The translations under genes were made by a program, and so were the position numbers. The notes under the pieces are model-generated. The model ran no database searches, was not told the DNA's origin, and saw only the letters and a program-made list of their open reading frames with translations. Below, piece after piece: positions 8,539 to 18,320 of a stretch of 47,983 nucleotides of DNA. This DNA comes from Verrucomicrobiota bacterium (GTDB lineage: Bacteria; Verrucomicrobiota; Verrucomicrobiia; Limisphaerales; UBA9464), in assembly GCA_039796015.1 (NCBI GenBank), contig JBDKKQ010000293.1, forward strand, positions 1 through 47,983, given 5' to 3'. Each line of letters opens with the position of its first letter. Position 1 is the stretch's first letter.

Positions 8539-9236
8539 ACCTGCAAACACAGCCCCCCCTCGATACCAGCGGACTTTCGCCCGCGGAACGAACCCGTCTG
8601 GAATACGACGCCCTAACCCGTCAGTTAGAGCGCATGCGGGCCATGCAATATGCTTACAACCGCAAGTTCTTCTCGCTCCTGTTAGTGTCTACGTTGACTG
8701 CCATTGGCTTGCTTTTGTGGGACCGTTGGATGGGGTGGTTCGTAGTTTGTTTTGGGTTGATCAGCACCGGGGTTACGGCCTCGTTCTTCCTGCACTTTTG
8801 TGACTTTGCCCGAGTCCATGCTCGAGCCCTCGAGGCCCGAATCAATATGCTCTTGGGCGCGAAGGTCCTCATCGCCTCGGAATTGGAGGCTGATTACTTC
8901 TATCCCCATGTTTCGCCCAAATTGAGCGGGTTCAGCTATGAAAACCCGGGGTCGTTCTTTTCGGTGTACACCCTGCATTTTTGTGCGGTCTGGGGGCTGA
9001 TGATCTTGTTGAGCGCCTGGAGGCTTTGGGACCAGGTGGATTCCACGGTCTGGTTTTGTTGGGCTGTTCTTTGGTGCGGATGGAGTGCGGCTAACGGGTT
9101 GTACTTGCGGTGGTGGTTCGGTGACTTCAGGGCCGAGGCCCGCATGGCCCGTCGTTTGGCCGAGACCTACGGCTTGCCTCAGGATCCCCAGTCGTCCGAG
9201 TCGGTTCCGCTGGTTTCGGAGCCGCCTGTTTCCTAA
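8535..9236 (+). CDS. hypothetical multi-pass membrane protein
   Basis: About 4 hydrophobic segments; ATG overlaps photolyase TGA (ATGA). Confidence 0.7.
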   Translation: MNLQTQPPLDTSGLSPAERTRLEYDALTRQLERMRAMQYAYNRKFFSLLLVSTLTAIGLLLWDRWMGWFVVCFGLISTGVTASFFLHFCDFARVHARALEARINMLLGAKVLIASELEADYFYPHVSPKLSGFSYENPGSFFSVYTLHFCAVWGLMILLSAWRLWDQVDSTVWFCWAVLWCGWSAANGLYLRWWFGDFRAEARMARRLAETYGLPQDPQSSESVPLVSEPPVS

Positions 9237-9296
9237 CTCGGACGGTTTTCCGCTCTGGCCAAAATGACGTGTCCCGGCAAAAGCTCTCCTCAAACC

Positions 9297-10370
9297 ATGA
9301 ACCGACGTAAATTCCTCACCGCCGCCGCCGTGGCTGGCGCCTCCGCTCTCGTGGCTCCCGTCGCCTCGGCCGCCGTTGCAGCTCGTCGTGATGCCTCGGG
9401 TAACCGCATCAAGCTAGGCATCGACAACTTCGCCGTCCGGGCTTGGGGATGGAAGGGGCGTGAGTTGGTGGATTACGCAGCCGGGTTGAAACTCGATACC
9501 CTCTTCATCACTGACCTGGCCGGACTGGGTTCGATGGAAACCTCGGCCGCAGCAGAACTGCGCAAGTACGCCGCAGACAAGGGCGTGGAAATCTTGCTCG
9601 GTTCCTGGAGCATTTGTCCGACTTCCAAGTCGTTCAAAAAGGACTGGGGCACTGCCGAGGAGCATTTGTCCTTGGGGCTGCGCCTTTCTAAGGCGGTGGG
9701 TTCACCCGCCTTCCGGGTGGTGCTGGGTTCGCGCGATGATCGTCGGACTCCGGGTGGAATCGAGGCGCGGATCGCCGACACGGTTAAGGTATTGAAGGCC
9801 TGCCGGAATCAGGCCTTGGATTTGGGTGTAAAAGTGTCGGTGGAAAACCACGCGGGCGACATGACGGCTGAAGAATTGATCACCTTGATCGAAGGAGCCG
9901 GTCGCGAGTTTGTCGGTGCCAACATGGACTCCGGCAATGCGGCTTGGACTCTCGAAGATCCCTTGGACAGCTTGGAGAAACTCGGTCCCTACGCCATTAC
10001 CACCAGCTTGCGGGATTCGCGCATTTGGCAGACCGACAAGGGTTGCAAGGTGCAGTGGACGGCGATGGGCGACGGAGGCTGTGTGGACTTGAATCGGTAC
10101 TTCGATCGGTACGCGCAATTGTGCCCGGGTGTGGCGGTGAACATCGAGACCATCGGCGGATTCGCCGTGGAGTTTCCGTACTACCAGGACTCCTTCTGGG
10201 AGGCTTTTCCCAAGAAGTCGGCCGTAGAATTTGCACGATTCCTGGCCGTCGCCCGTCGTGGGCAGGCGATGGATCAGTACGATGGCGGTGACAAGCAGCG
10301 GCAGCGCGACGAACTTGAGAAGAGCATTCGCTACTGCCGCGATGGTCTCGGCCTGGGACTCAAGGCTTAA
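9297..10370 (+). CDS. Tat-exported sugar-phosphate isomerase/epimerase (xylose-isomerase-like TIM barrel)
   Basis: MNRRKFL Tat signal; VENHAGD, NMDSGN, SLRD, NIE motifs. Confidence 0.85.
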   Translation: MNRRKFLTAAAVAGASALVAPVASAAVAARRDASGNRIKLGIDNFAVRAWGWKGRELVDYAAGLKLDTLFITDLAGLGSMETSAAAELRKYAADKGVEILLGSWSICPTSKSFKKDWGTAEEHLSLGLRLSKAVGSPAFRVVLGSRDDRRTPGGIEARIADTVKVLKACRNQALDLGVKVSVENHAGDMTAEELITLIEGAGREFVGANMDSGNAAWTLEDPLDSLEKLGPYAITTSLRDSRIWQTDKGCKVQWTAMGDGGCVDLNRYFDRYAQLCPGVAVNIETIGGFAVEFPYYQDSFWEAFPKKSAVEFARFLAVARRGQAMDQYDGGDKQRQRDELEKSIRYCRDGLGLGLKA

Positions 10371-10396
10371 TTGAAGGACTGACTCTGCTTGAGAGA

Positions 10397-10425
10397 GACA
10401 ACTCCGCGGCCCCCGCGGAGTTGTC
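10397..10425. terminator. 13-bp perfect hairpin between convergent genes
   Basis: gacaactccgcgg-ccc-ccgcggagttgtc. Confidence 0.6.
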
Positions 10426-10441
10426 CTTGAGGCGCTGTGAG

Positions 10442-10481
10442 GCCCCTATTAGACCCTGTTAGACCCTGTTAGCCCCTATTA
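10442..10481. repeat. 4x 10-bp tandem repeat G(C/A)CCCT(A/G)TTA
   Basis: gcccctatta gaccctgtta gaccctgtta gcccctatta, the last unit including the rsmB stop codon. Confidence 0.85.
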
Positions 10482-11873
10482 GAGCTTGGTCCAAGCGGCG
10501 ACAAACATGCCGTTGCCGCCGGTGTCCTGAGGCAACAGTTGCAACTGGGTGACCGGAGGCTCGTCAGGCTGGAACGGATTGATCACGGCGAGGGTATCCA
10601 AGTCACTGCGCTCCTGGGTAAACCAGTCGGCGACCTCGGTTGTTTCGGCACGGCTTAGCGTGCAGACGGCGTAGATTAATCGACCGCCCGGTTTCAGGGA
10701 GTCGGCCACGTTCTGGAGCAACTTTCGCTGAATGGCTGCGAGTTCCTCGATGTCTTGGACTGTAGTTGTCCATCGGGAATGGGGATTGCGACCCCAGGTG
10801 CCCAATCCAGAACAGGGGGCGTCGAGGAGAATGCCATCGAAGCGGGTCTTCGTGGGCGGGTGTTCCGAGCCGTCCCAATGAACAGCCCTATAATTGAAGC
10901 ACTTGGCCCGGCCGGCCCGCTGGCGGAGGCGATCAAGACGCCAGGCCGCACGGTCACTGGCCCAAATGAGGCTCTTGCCACCCATTAGTGCTGACAAGTG
11001 CAGGGTCTTGCCGCCCTCGCCCGCGCAGGCATCCCACCACACCTCACTGGCTCGCGGAGCGCAAATGCGTCCCACGGCCTGAGAGGCGATATCCTGGATC
11101 TCGAATTGGCCGGCTTGAAACCCTCGGTCTATGAAGAGGTCATCCCGGCCTGTGAACTGGTACGAGTCGGGGAAAGGGCCGGGCTTAAGATCGCGAAGAC
11201 GTTGAGACAGCTCTTCACTGGATTCGGGTCGGCTTCGGATCCAGAGGCTGGGTTCGCGTTGAAGTGAGCGAGCTAATTCGGGTGTGACCGCCAGATGTTG
11301 GGCCGCCCAATCAGGCAGGGTATTGCGGACCAGTTCATCGTTGGAAAAAGTTTTTGGTTCTGCGGCGAACCGAGCCGCCAGGCGTAAGCCATCTTCGATG
11401 CGCGATTCTAGGGGGCGATCAGCGGCCAACCAGCGTTCCCATCGGAAAAAACTAAAAACGGCCCGACTGACCCAAGTGGCATCGGAGGGCGACAGACCCC
11501 GACGACGGAAGAGCGTTTGGCGCAAGACCATGTCCGCTGGGTTCTCGGGGGTGGAACGGCTCACGATCCGAACAGCCAATTGCAGCGGAGTCATCTGGGA
11601 GGGCGGAATTCCTCCCGGTTCATCGGCAAGTTCTCCTCGTGGAGGCTGGGGGTGTCTTCCCTCCGGTCTGGGTGACGGATTCCGTGCCTCTGGATGGACA
11701 ACTGGCCGTCCGGCAACTGGCCGTCCGGCGCCGGGTCGACGGTCTTGCTGCGGGCTTTGCTGCGGGCTGAAAGGACGGCGTTGCTGGACGAATCGAGGTC
11801 CGCGAGCAGGTCGGTCGGATCCGCGTCGCGGGCCATTGCTGGAGTTAGGGGAATCGGTCGGAGGAGGGTTCAT
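10479..11873 (-). CDS. RsmB/NOL1/NOP2/Sun family rRNA m5C methyltransferase
   Basis: EIQDIASQ, WDACAGEGGKT, LDAPCSGLG, YAVCTL motifs. Confidence 0.9.
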   Translation of the reverse strand: MNPPPTDSPNSSNGPRRGSDRPARGPRFVQQRRPFSPQQSPQQDRRPGAGRPVAGRPVVHPEARNPSPRPEGRHPQPPRGELADEPGGIPPSQMTPLQLAVRIVSRSTPENPADMVLRQTLFRRRGLSPSDATWVSRAVFSFFRWERWLAADRPLESRIEDGLRLAARFAAEPKTFSNDELVRNTLPDWAAQHLAVTPELARSLQREPSLWIRSRPESSEELSQRLRDLKPGPFPDSYQFTGRDDLFIDRGFQAGQFEIQDIASQAVGRICAPRASEVWWDACAGEGGKTLHLSALMGGKSLIWASDRAAWRLDRLRQRAGRAKCFNYRAVHWDGSEHPPTKTRFDGILLDAPCSGLGTWGRNPHSRWTTTVQDIEELAAIQRKLLQNVADSLKPGGRLIYAVCTLSRAETTEVADWFTQERSDLDTLAVINPFQPDEPPVTQLQLLPQDTGGNGMFVAAWTKL

Positions 11874-12697
11874 TCTTTCAAACGGCGGGCGTGGACACGG
11901 GCGACATCGCCCATGTAGTCGTCGCGCGGAGCCATGTCGGCGGCCGTGCGGATGTGTTCGGCGGCGCGGGTCTTGTCCCCGGTCGCTTCGAAATAGAGGC
12001 CCAGATAGAGGCGGGCGTAGAAAAGGTGTTTTTGTTTAGCCTTGGGCTCGGCCGAGGTCTCCTCGGCGGCTTTGATCACGTCGGCAGGCGTCGCTGACCC
12101 AGAAAAGAGTCGGTGGACTTCTTTCATCGGGACACGCACATCGCCCTGGATGGGAATTAATCGGGCGCGTGCAGTCTCCGGGTTTTTTTCGCGTGCCACG
12201 CACAAGAAGTGCCAGACGGCATTCTCCACGTCGTCGGAATTGACCGTCTGGTGCAGCTCGAACTGCCGGCGTCCATCTGCGTAGCGTCCGGCGTAATAGA
12301 GGGCGATGCCGCGCTGCCAATTTTGCGGCGCCATCCGAGAATCAATTTCGTTGGTTCGATCGAAATCGATGAGAGCCTTTTCCATGTCATTGCGACGGAA
12401 ATGAAGCATTCCGCGCTCTTGGACCAGATAGGGGGATTTGGGGTTGCGCTGAATGGCTTCTCCGAAGTCCGCAATTGCCCCGTCAGCATCGCCACTCAGA
12501 CCTCGGATCTGGGCTCGTAAGTGCCATGCTCGGACTTCGTCGGGCTTTTGCTTGAGCAAGGCGCTGAGTGTGGCGATCGCATTCGTGGAGTCGCCCTTAC
12601 GCATCCATCCCAATGCTCCTTCTACGGTGGGAAGCTCGGCGGTAAAAGCGACCGATGCGGTCAGGGTCCAGAGTATCAGCCAACGAGCGAGGTACAT
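11870..12697 (-). CDS. secreted TPR protein (NlpI-like)
   Basis: Signal peptide, TPR repeats, WQRGIALYYAGRY and LYLGLYFE motifs. Confidence 0.8.
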   Translation of the reverse strand: MYLARWLILWTLTASVAFTAELPTVEGALGWMRKGDSTNAIATLSALLKQKPDEVRAWHLRAQIRGLSGDADGAIADFGEAIQRNPKSPYLVQERGMLHFRRNDMEKALIDFDRTNEIDSRMAPQNWQRGIALYYAGRYADGRRQFELHQTVNSDDVENAVWHFLCVAREKNPETARARLIPIQGDVRVPMKEVHRLFSGSATPADVIKAAEETSAEPKAKQKHLFYARLYLGLYFEATGDKTRAAEHIRTAADMAPRDDYMGDVARVHARRLKE

Positions 12698-12850
12698 GCT
12701 TGGGTGCCTATAGGAACCCGACCCGGCTTTCAGGGCGAGAGCATTCTGGTGTGGAGGGTCGGCAATATTGTTTTATTGGGGTGAAAGTTCGGTGTGAGGC
12801 TGGACTTCAAGCCTAGTTCACTGATTGTTTGCATCTCAATCGATTCAGCC

Positions 12851-13852
12851 ATGAGTGCCCCCACTGATTCTACATCCCTCGCTCCGTACCGTGCTGCCAG
12901 TGAACATCTGGGTCGGGTCCGCTCAGAGATGGCTCGGGTGATCGTGGGGCAACAAGAACTCATCCATCGGTTGATGGTGGGCCTGGTGGCCCGAGGTCAC
13001 ATTTTGCTCGAAGGGTTGCCCGGTTTGGCCAAGACCGCCAGCGTCAGCGCACTCGCCCGAGCCACGGATTGTCAATTTTCGCGGATTCAATTTACGCCTG
13101 ATTTGCTGCCGGGCGACATCACTGGAACGCTGATTTATGATCCGTTGCAGGGGACTTACTCAACCCGACAGGGACCGATTTTCGCCAATCTGGTGCTGGC
13201 CGACGAAATTAACCGCGCCCCGAGCAAAGTGCAGTCCGCATTGCTGGAGGCCATGCAAGAGCGCCAGGTGACCATCGGTGACAAGACGTGGCCGTTGCCG
13301 GATCCCTTCCTAGTGTTGGCGACTCAGAATCCTATTGAGCAGGAGGGAACCTATCCCTTGCCCGAGGCTCAAATGGACCGATTCATGTTGAAGGTGGTGG
13401 TGGGCTATCCGTCGGCCGAGGAGGAATTGATCATCCTCGATCGCATGGCCAGTACCCGCCCGCAGCTCACGATCGACTCGGTCGTGAAGCCGGAGGAAAT
13501 CTCCGCCTATCAGACTCTGGTCAACTCGATCCATGTGGATCCGCTAGTGCGCGACTACATTGTTCGTCTGGTGATTTCGACTCGTGAGGCAGCCTCGGGT
13601 TCCGGAGTAGCGCCGGAACTCAAGCGCCTGGTTCGAATCGGTGCCAGCCCGCGGGCCACGATCAATCTGACTTTGGCTGCACGGGCCTGCGCACTCATCG
13701 AGGGTCGCAACTATGTGACACCGGAGGACGTGAAGCGCATCGCTCTCGACGTTTTGCGGCACCGCATTCTGCTCACCTATGAGGCCGAAGCCGAAGAAGT
13801 GACCACAGAAAACATCGTCGGCACGCTGCTGTCCAAGGTGAAGGTTCCCTGA
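12851..13852 (+). CDS. moxR: MoxR family AAA+ ATPase
   Basis: LLEGLPGLAKT, RIQFTPDLLPGDITG, LADEINRA, ATQNPIEQEGTYPLPEAQMDRF. Confidence 0.95.
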   Translation: MSAPTDSTSLAPYRAASEHLGRVRSEMARVIVGQQELIHRLMVGLVARGHILLEGLPGLAKTASVSALARATDCQFSRIQFTPDLLPGDITGTLIYDPLQGTYSTRQGPIFANLVLADEINRAPSKVQSALLEAMQERQVTIGDKTWPLPDPFLVLATQNPIEQEGTYPLPEAQMDRFMLKVVVGYPSAEEELIILDRMASTRPQLTIDSVVKPEEISAYQTLVNSIHVDPLVRDYIVRLVISTREAASGSGVAPELKRLVRIGASPRATINLTLAARACALIEGRNYVTPEDVKRIALDVLRHRILLTYEAEAEEVTTENIVGTLLSKVKVP

Positions 13853-13928
13853 GGCTCAGAGCGGTCGGGCCGCGGGCAGGCATTGGGACGTAGCGGGTGC
13901 GCTCGCCTCGGCCTTTGCTGGTTGATGA

Positions 13929-14058
13929 GGGGAGCTGCTTGAGGTGGGGAGCTGGTTAAGGTTGGGGAGAATATCTATCGCGAGATTTCTATCGCGAGAG
14001 ATCGACCTCACTAGACTTCAACGCGGATCGACCCCGATCAATCCTGACCAACCCCGAT
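13929..14058. repeat. cluster of short direct repeats in moxR-metG intergenic region
   Basis: 17-mer at 13929/13946 (15/17), tctatcgcgaga at 13974/13988, accccgat at 14031/14051. Confidence 0.7.
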
Positions 14059-14126
14059 GAAGATCGACGGTGACTTGCCAGCGGAGCGGTCGCAGATCTT
14101 CGAGCAAGCAGGCAGACCTCCGTGGG

Positions 14127-15689
14127 TTATTTCGGAGCGAGATCTTTGCGGGGAAAGAGCGGGATGGGCGCGCCGACCTGGTGCCCTTGCGCCAGACCAC
14201 CCCAGGCCGATTGCTTCCAATCCGAGGCTGCGCCGCCGACCTGGAGTTGGGCGAAAATCTTGTCGGCGATTGCCGGCATCACCGGTTGCACCAGCACGGC
14301 CAGAATTCGGCACGACTCCACCAAATTGTAGAGCACCGAATCCAATAGTTCGGACTGCGCCGGATCTTTGGCCAGGTGGAAGGGTTTGGTCTCTTCGACA
14401 AACAGGTTGGCTCGATTCACCAGCTCCCAGGCCGCGATGAGGGCTCCTTGCGGGTCGTTGGCCAGGTAGCACGCGCGCGTTTTCTCGACGGCCGCCGTGG
14501 CCTCCACCGCGAGGGTGCTGGACGGGGAAGGGACCACGCCCGCTCGATACTTGTTGAGCATGTTGACCGCCCGGTTGAGCAAGTTGCCCAGTCCATTGGC
14601 CAATTCCGAGTTGTAGCGGACACGGAACCCGTCGTCGGTCCAGTTGCCGTCGGGGCCAATGCCCAATTCACGGACGACGTAGTAGCGGAAGGCGTCTAAC
14701 CCCCATTCGCCAATGATGGCCAGGGGATCCACCACGTTGCCCGTGCTCTTGCTGAGCTTGGCGCCGTCCTTCTGCCACCAACCGTGGACTAAAATGGTCT
14801 TGGGCAACGGGGCTCCAAGGGCGTGAAGCATGATCGGCCAGTACACGGCATGGAACTTGAGGATGTCCTTGCCGATCAAATGAATGTCTGCGGGCCAAAC
14901 GGACAAGCTGGAACTGGCGGGCGCTGGGCTGCCGAGGGGCGCGAGTGCCGCGGGGTCGCCCAAGGCGGCTGGGATGGAAAAATAGTTCACCAACGCATCG
15001 AACCAGACGTAAGTCACATAGCCGGGATCGAAGGGCAGGGGGATTCCCCAGGAGAGTCGAGAGGACGGACGGGAAATGCAGAGGTCTTCGAGCTTCTGGG
15101 AACGCAGGAAACCCAGGACCTCGTTGCGCCGGTTGGTGGGTTGGACGAACTCGGGATTCTTTTCAAGGTACTCGACCAACCACGCTTGGTGCTCACCCAG
15201 CTTAAAGTACCAGTTCTCCTCAACCAGTTCCTGCACGACGCCCCATTGCGGATCCCAGGAACCGTCGGGATTGCGGTCTTTTTCGGTGAGGAACGTTTCC
15301 TCCTTCACCGAATAAAATCCCCGGTAGGCCGACTTGTAAAAGTGACCCGTCGCGTGGAGTCGGTTGAGCAACGCCGCCACGATGTGCTGATGACGGGCAT
15401 CGGTGGTGCGAACGAAATCGTCGTGACTCAACCCGAGGGACTGGACGAAGGAACTCCACTGGACGGCGAGGTCATCGCAGTAGGCTTGAGGCGATTGGCC
15501 TAAATCGTGGGCCGCTTGCTGGACCTTCTGGCCGTGTTCGTCCAATCCGGTCAGGAAGAAGACAGACTGTCCCAGGCTTCGCCGAGCCCGAGCGATGACG
15601 TCGGCCACCACCTTTTCGTAGGCGTGCCCCAGGTGGGGAGCCCCGTTCACATAATCAATCGCCGTGGTGATGTAGAACCGCTTGTCCAT
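14127..15689 (-). CDS. metG: methionine--tRNA ligase (short form)
   Basis: FYITTAIDYVNGAPHLGH, YVWFDAL, IGKDILKFHAVYWP, KLSKS. Confidence 0.96.
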   Translation of the reverse strand: MDKRFYITTAIDYVNGAPHLGHAYEKVVADVIARARRSLGQSVFFLTGLDEHGQKVQQAAHDLGQSPQAYCDDLAVQWSSFVQSLGLSHDDFVRTTDARHQHIVAALLNRLHATGHFYKSAYRGFYSVKEETFLTEKDRNPDGSWDPQWGVVQELVEENWYFKLGEHQAWLVEYLEKNPEFVQPTNRRNEVLGFLRSQKLEDLCISRPSSRLSWGIPLPFDPGYVTYVWFDALVNYFSIPAALGDPAALAPLGSPAPASSSLSVWPADIHLIGKDILKFHAVYWPIMLHALGAPLPKTILVHGWWQKDGAKLSKSTGNVVDPLAIIGEWGLDAFRYYVVRELGIGPDGNWTDDGFRVRYNSELANGLGNLLNRAVNMLNKYRAGVVPSPSSTLAVEATAAVEKTRACYLANDPQGALIAAWELVNRANLFVEETKPFHLAKDPAQSELLDSVLYNLVESCRILAVLVQPVMPAIADKIFAQLQVGGAASDWKQSAWGGLAQGHQVGAPIPLFPRKDLAPK

Positions 15690-15811
15690 GTGCGAGCGAT
15701 TCAAACCGAGAATGCCTCAAAATCGAAGAGTTTACTCGCGCCAGAGTGGCCGAGCGCACCGGGCCTGCGTTGTTCAAAAAAGGGTCGCCCATCGTGGAGG
15801 GGCGTCGGACG

Positions 15812-16798
15812 TCAGTGCGCGCGACCCTGGCGCCATTTGTCTAGGCCCACGGCCATGACAATCACCGCGCCGATGATGATTTCCTGAATGTAGGAATCCC
15901 AGCCGAGTTGGTTGGTGCCATTGCGCAGAACCGCCATCAAGAGGGCTCCCATCAGCGAGCCACCGATGCCACCGATGCCACCGTTGAGGCTGGCCCCGCC
16001 GATCACGACGGCGGCGATGATGTCTAATTCGAGACCGACGGCCACCGTAGGATCCCCCTGGGTGAGTCGGGATTGCTGCATTAATCCGGCCAATCCGAAG
16101 AAGGCTCCTGCCAGTGTGTAGAGCAATAGTTTGACCCGTTGCACCCGGACTCCACATAAGCGAGCGGCCGGTTCGCTGGACCCGATGGCGTAGACATGGC
16201 GACCAAAAACGCTGCGGCGCATGATGAAGCTAGCGACTACCGCCAGGCCCAAGGTAATCCAAACGCCCGGAGGCAGAGGCAGGAAGCCTTGCGGGTTGGT
16301 TCGCTCCATCAGGGTGTTGAGACCGCTGCCCTCGGGGTTGTAGACGGCCTGCTTGCCGCTGATCCACTTGGCGCCCCCACGCACCACTCCCATCATTCCA
16401 AGACTAATGATGAAGGGAGAGAGGCGCAGTCCGGCGATGAGTCCTCCATTGGCTGCGCCGATGAGCGCCCCAGTACCCATCACAGCCGCTGCCGCCATCC
16501 AGGAGTTGTGGCCAGCGGTCAGCATCTTGGCTCCAACCACAGAACTGAAGGCGACCGCGGCTCCAACGCTGAGATCGATGCCACCACTGACAATGATCAT
16601 CGTCATGCCAATCGAGCCCAAGGCCACGATGACGGTTTGGGTGAGGACAATCGCCGCGTTGCGGCCCGTGAAGAGGGTGGGGCGGGCCTCTTCACTGAGT
16701 GCCAGCAGTCCCAAGACAAAGACCAAACCCAGCAACGGACCTGCGGTTTGCAGGAGGCGGCGCCAAGACGGAGCGTGAGGTGCAACAGTGGAGGCCAT
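15812..16798 (-). CDS. sugar ABC transporter permease (RbsC-like)
   Basis: GGIDLSVGA, FGRHVYAIGS, ELDIIAAVVIGGASL motifs; start set at MASTVA. Confidence 0.9.
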   Translation of the reverse strand: MASTVAPHAPSWRRLLQTAGPLLGLVFVLGLLALSEEARPTLFTGRNAAIVLTQTVIVALGSIGMTMIIVSGGIDLSVGAAVAFSSVVGAKMLTAGHNSWMAAAAVMGTGALIGAANGGLIAGLRLSPFIISLGMMGVVRGGAKWISGKQAVYNPEGSGLNTLMERTNPQGFLPLPPGVWITLGLAVVASFIMRRSVFGRHVYAIGSSEPAARLCGVRVQRVKLLLYTLAGAFFGLAGLMQQSRLTQGDPTVAVGLELDIIAAVVIGGASLNGGIGGIGGSLMGALLMAVLRNGTNQLGWDSYIQEIIIGAVIVMAVGLDKWRQGRAH

Positions 16799-16954
16799 CG
16801 GATGACTTGGAAAACGTGCAACACCTTGCCTGTTCCTGCCCGTGTCGCCAACCCTGGAAACCGGACGGCGGCGGGACGTGTACAAAATAAGTTTGCGCTC
16901 AGCCGGGCGAATCCGACTTGCCGGAGATCGCGGAGTAGGACCACCGTTGGACTC

Positions 16955-18298
16955 ATGAACTCCCCGTCACGCCGTCAATTTCTCAGGGATTCCATCGTGC
17001 TCGCCGGAGGGGCTTATCTGGCCGGATGCCAAGCCCCTTATGTGAGTCGACGGCGGGTGCTTGGAGCCAATGAGAGGCTCCGAATTGCGGCGGTTGGCGT
17101 GGGTGGAAAGGGTTGGACCGATGTCACCCAAGTGGGTGCCACCGAGAACATCGTCGGGCTTTGTGACGTGGATTCCGGCCGTTTGGCTCAAGCCGGCAAG
17201 ACCTTCACCTCGGCCCGTCGTTTTGCCGATTGGCGTGAAATGTTCGATCAGTTGGGCAACCAGATCGACGCGATTACCGTTTCGACGCCCGATCACACGC
17301 ACTTCCCACCATCGATGCGGGCGGTCCAGCACGGATGGCATGTCTATTGCCAGAAGCCATTGACCCACACGATTTGGGAGGCCCGCGAATTGACCCGGGC
17401 CACCCGGGCGGCGGGCGTGGCCACGCAAATGGGCAACCAAGGCATGTCGCGGGCAGCCGTGCGGAGGGACGCCGAGTGGGTTAAGGCAGGGGTGCTCGGA
17501 ACGGTTCGGGAGATTCACTGCTGGACCGATCGTCCCGGCCCTTGGTGGGCCCAGGGAGTTCAGCGCCCGACCGATCGGCCGATTGTTCCGAAGGAATTGT
17601 CCTGGGACCTCTGGCTTGGGACCGCTCCAGAGCGCCCGTATCATCCGGCATGGGGCCACTTCAAGTGGCGCGGTTGGTGGGACTTCGGGACTGGTGCCGT
17701 CGGTGACATGGGGTGCCACTTACTCAACGTGCCTACGTTGTCGATGGATTTGTCCAATCCCAGTGCCGTCGAGGCCACGTCGGAGGGGGCTAATGACGAA
17801 ACCGGCCCGGTGCGTTCGCACGTGGTCTGGGATATTCCGGCCCGTCGAGGTCAGGCCGCGCTGCGGTTCCATTGGTACGATGGTGGATCCTTGCCGCCGA
17901 CGCACTTGTTCCCCGGTCAGACCTACGGGGGCAATGGGGTCCTGATAGTGGGTTCGGAAGACACGTTGTTAACCAGTTACGAGAGTTTGCCCGGAGGCGG
18001 TAAACTCCGGTCAGGCCGGACTGCGGCCGAACTCAAGTCCATTCCTGAGAGGTTTGAAAAATACACTGATTCCGAGGGGGCCCACTATCAGGAATGGATT
18101 CGGGCCTGCAAAGGCGGGCCGAAGGCGCAGTCTGCCTTCGATGTGGCCGGACCTGTGACCGAAACCTTGCTCCTGGGCAACCTCGCCATCCGGGCGGGTC
18201 AGCGTCTGGAATGGGATTCCAAGGCGCTCAAAATCCGAAATCTGCCTTCAGCCAATCAGTGGGTTAAGACTCAGTATCGCCCGGGTTTCGTGGGCTGA
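16955..18298 (+). CDS. Tat-exported Gfo/Idh/MocA oxidoreductase
   Basis: SRRQFL Tat motif, VGVGGKG, STPDHTH, YCQKPL, GDMGCH. Confidence 0.92.
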   Translation: MNSPSRRQFLRDSIVLAGGAYLAGCQAPYVSRRRVLGANERLRIAAVGVGGKGWTDVTQVGATENIVGLCDVDSGRLAQAGKTFTSARRFADWREMFDQLGNQIDAITVSTPDHTHFPPSMRAVQHGWHVYCQKPLTHTIWEARELTRATRAAGVATQMGNQGMSRAAVRRDAEWVKAGVLGTVREIHCWTDRPGPWWAQGVQRPTDRPIVPKELSWDLWLGTAPERPYHPAWGHFKWRGWWDFGTGAVGDMGCHLLNVPTLSMDLSNPSAVEATSEGANDETGPVRSHVVWDIPARRGQAALRFHWYDGGSLPPTHLFPGQTYGGNGVLIVGSEDTLLTSYESLPGGGKLRSGRTAAELKSIPERFEKYTDSEGAHYQEWIRACKGGPKAQSAFDVAGPVTETLLLGNLAIRAGQRLEWDSKALKIRNLPSANQWVKTQYRPGFVG

Positions 18299-18320
18299 GG
18301 ATGTCGTGTCCAAAAGACGA

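Noticed and set aside
13890-13910. tgcgctcgc word similar to the REP-like core
   Set aside because: Only 9 bp match and flanks do not align
16196-16954. N-terminal 253-aa extension of the 700-aa ORF
   Set aside because: Overlaps the ABC permease on the other strand; the Tat signal places the real start at 16955
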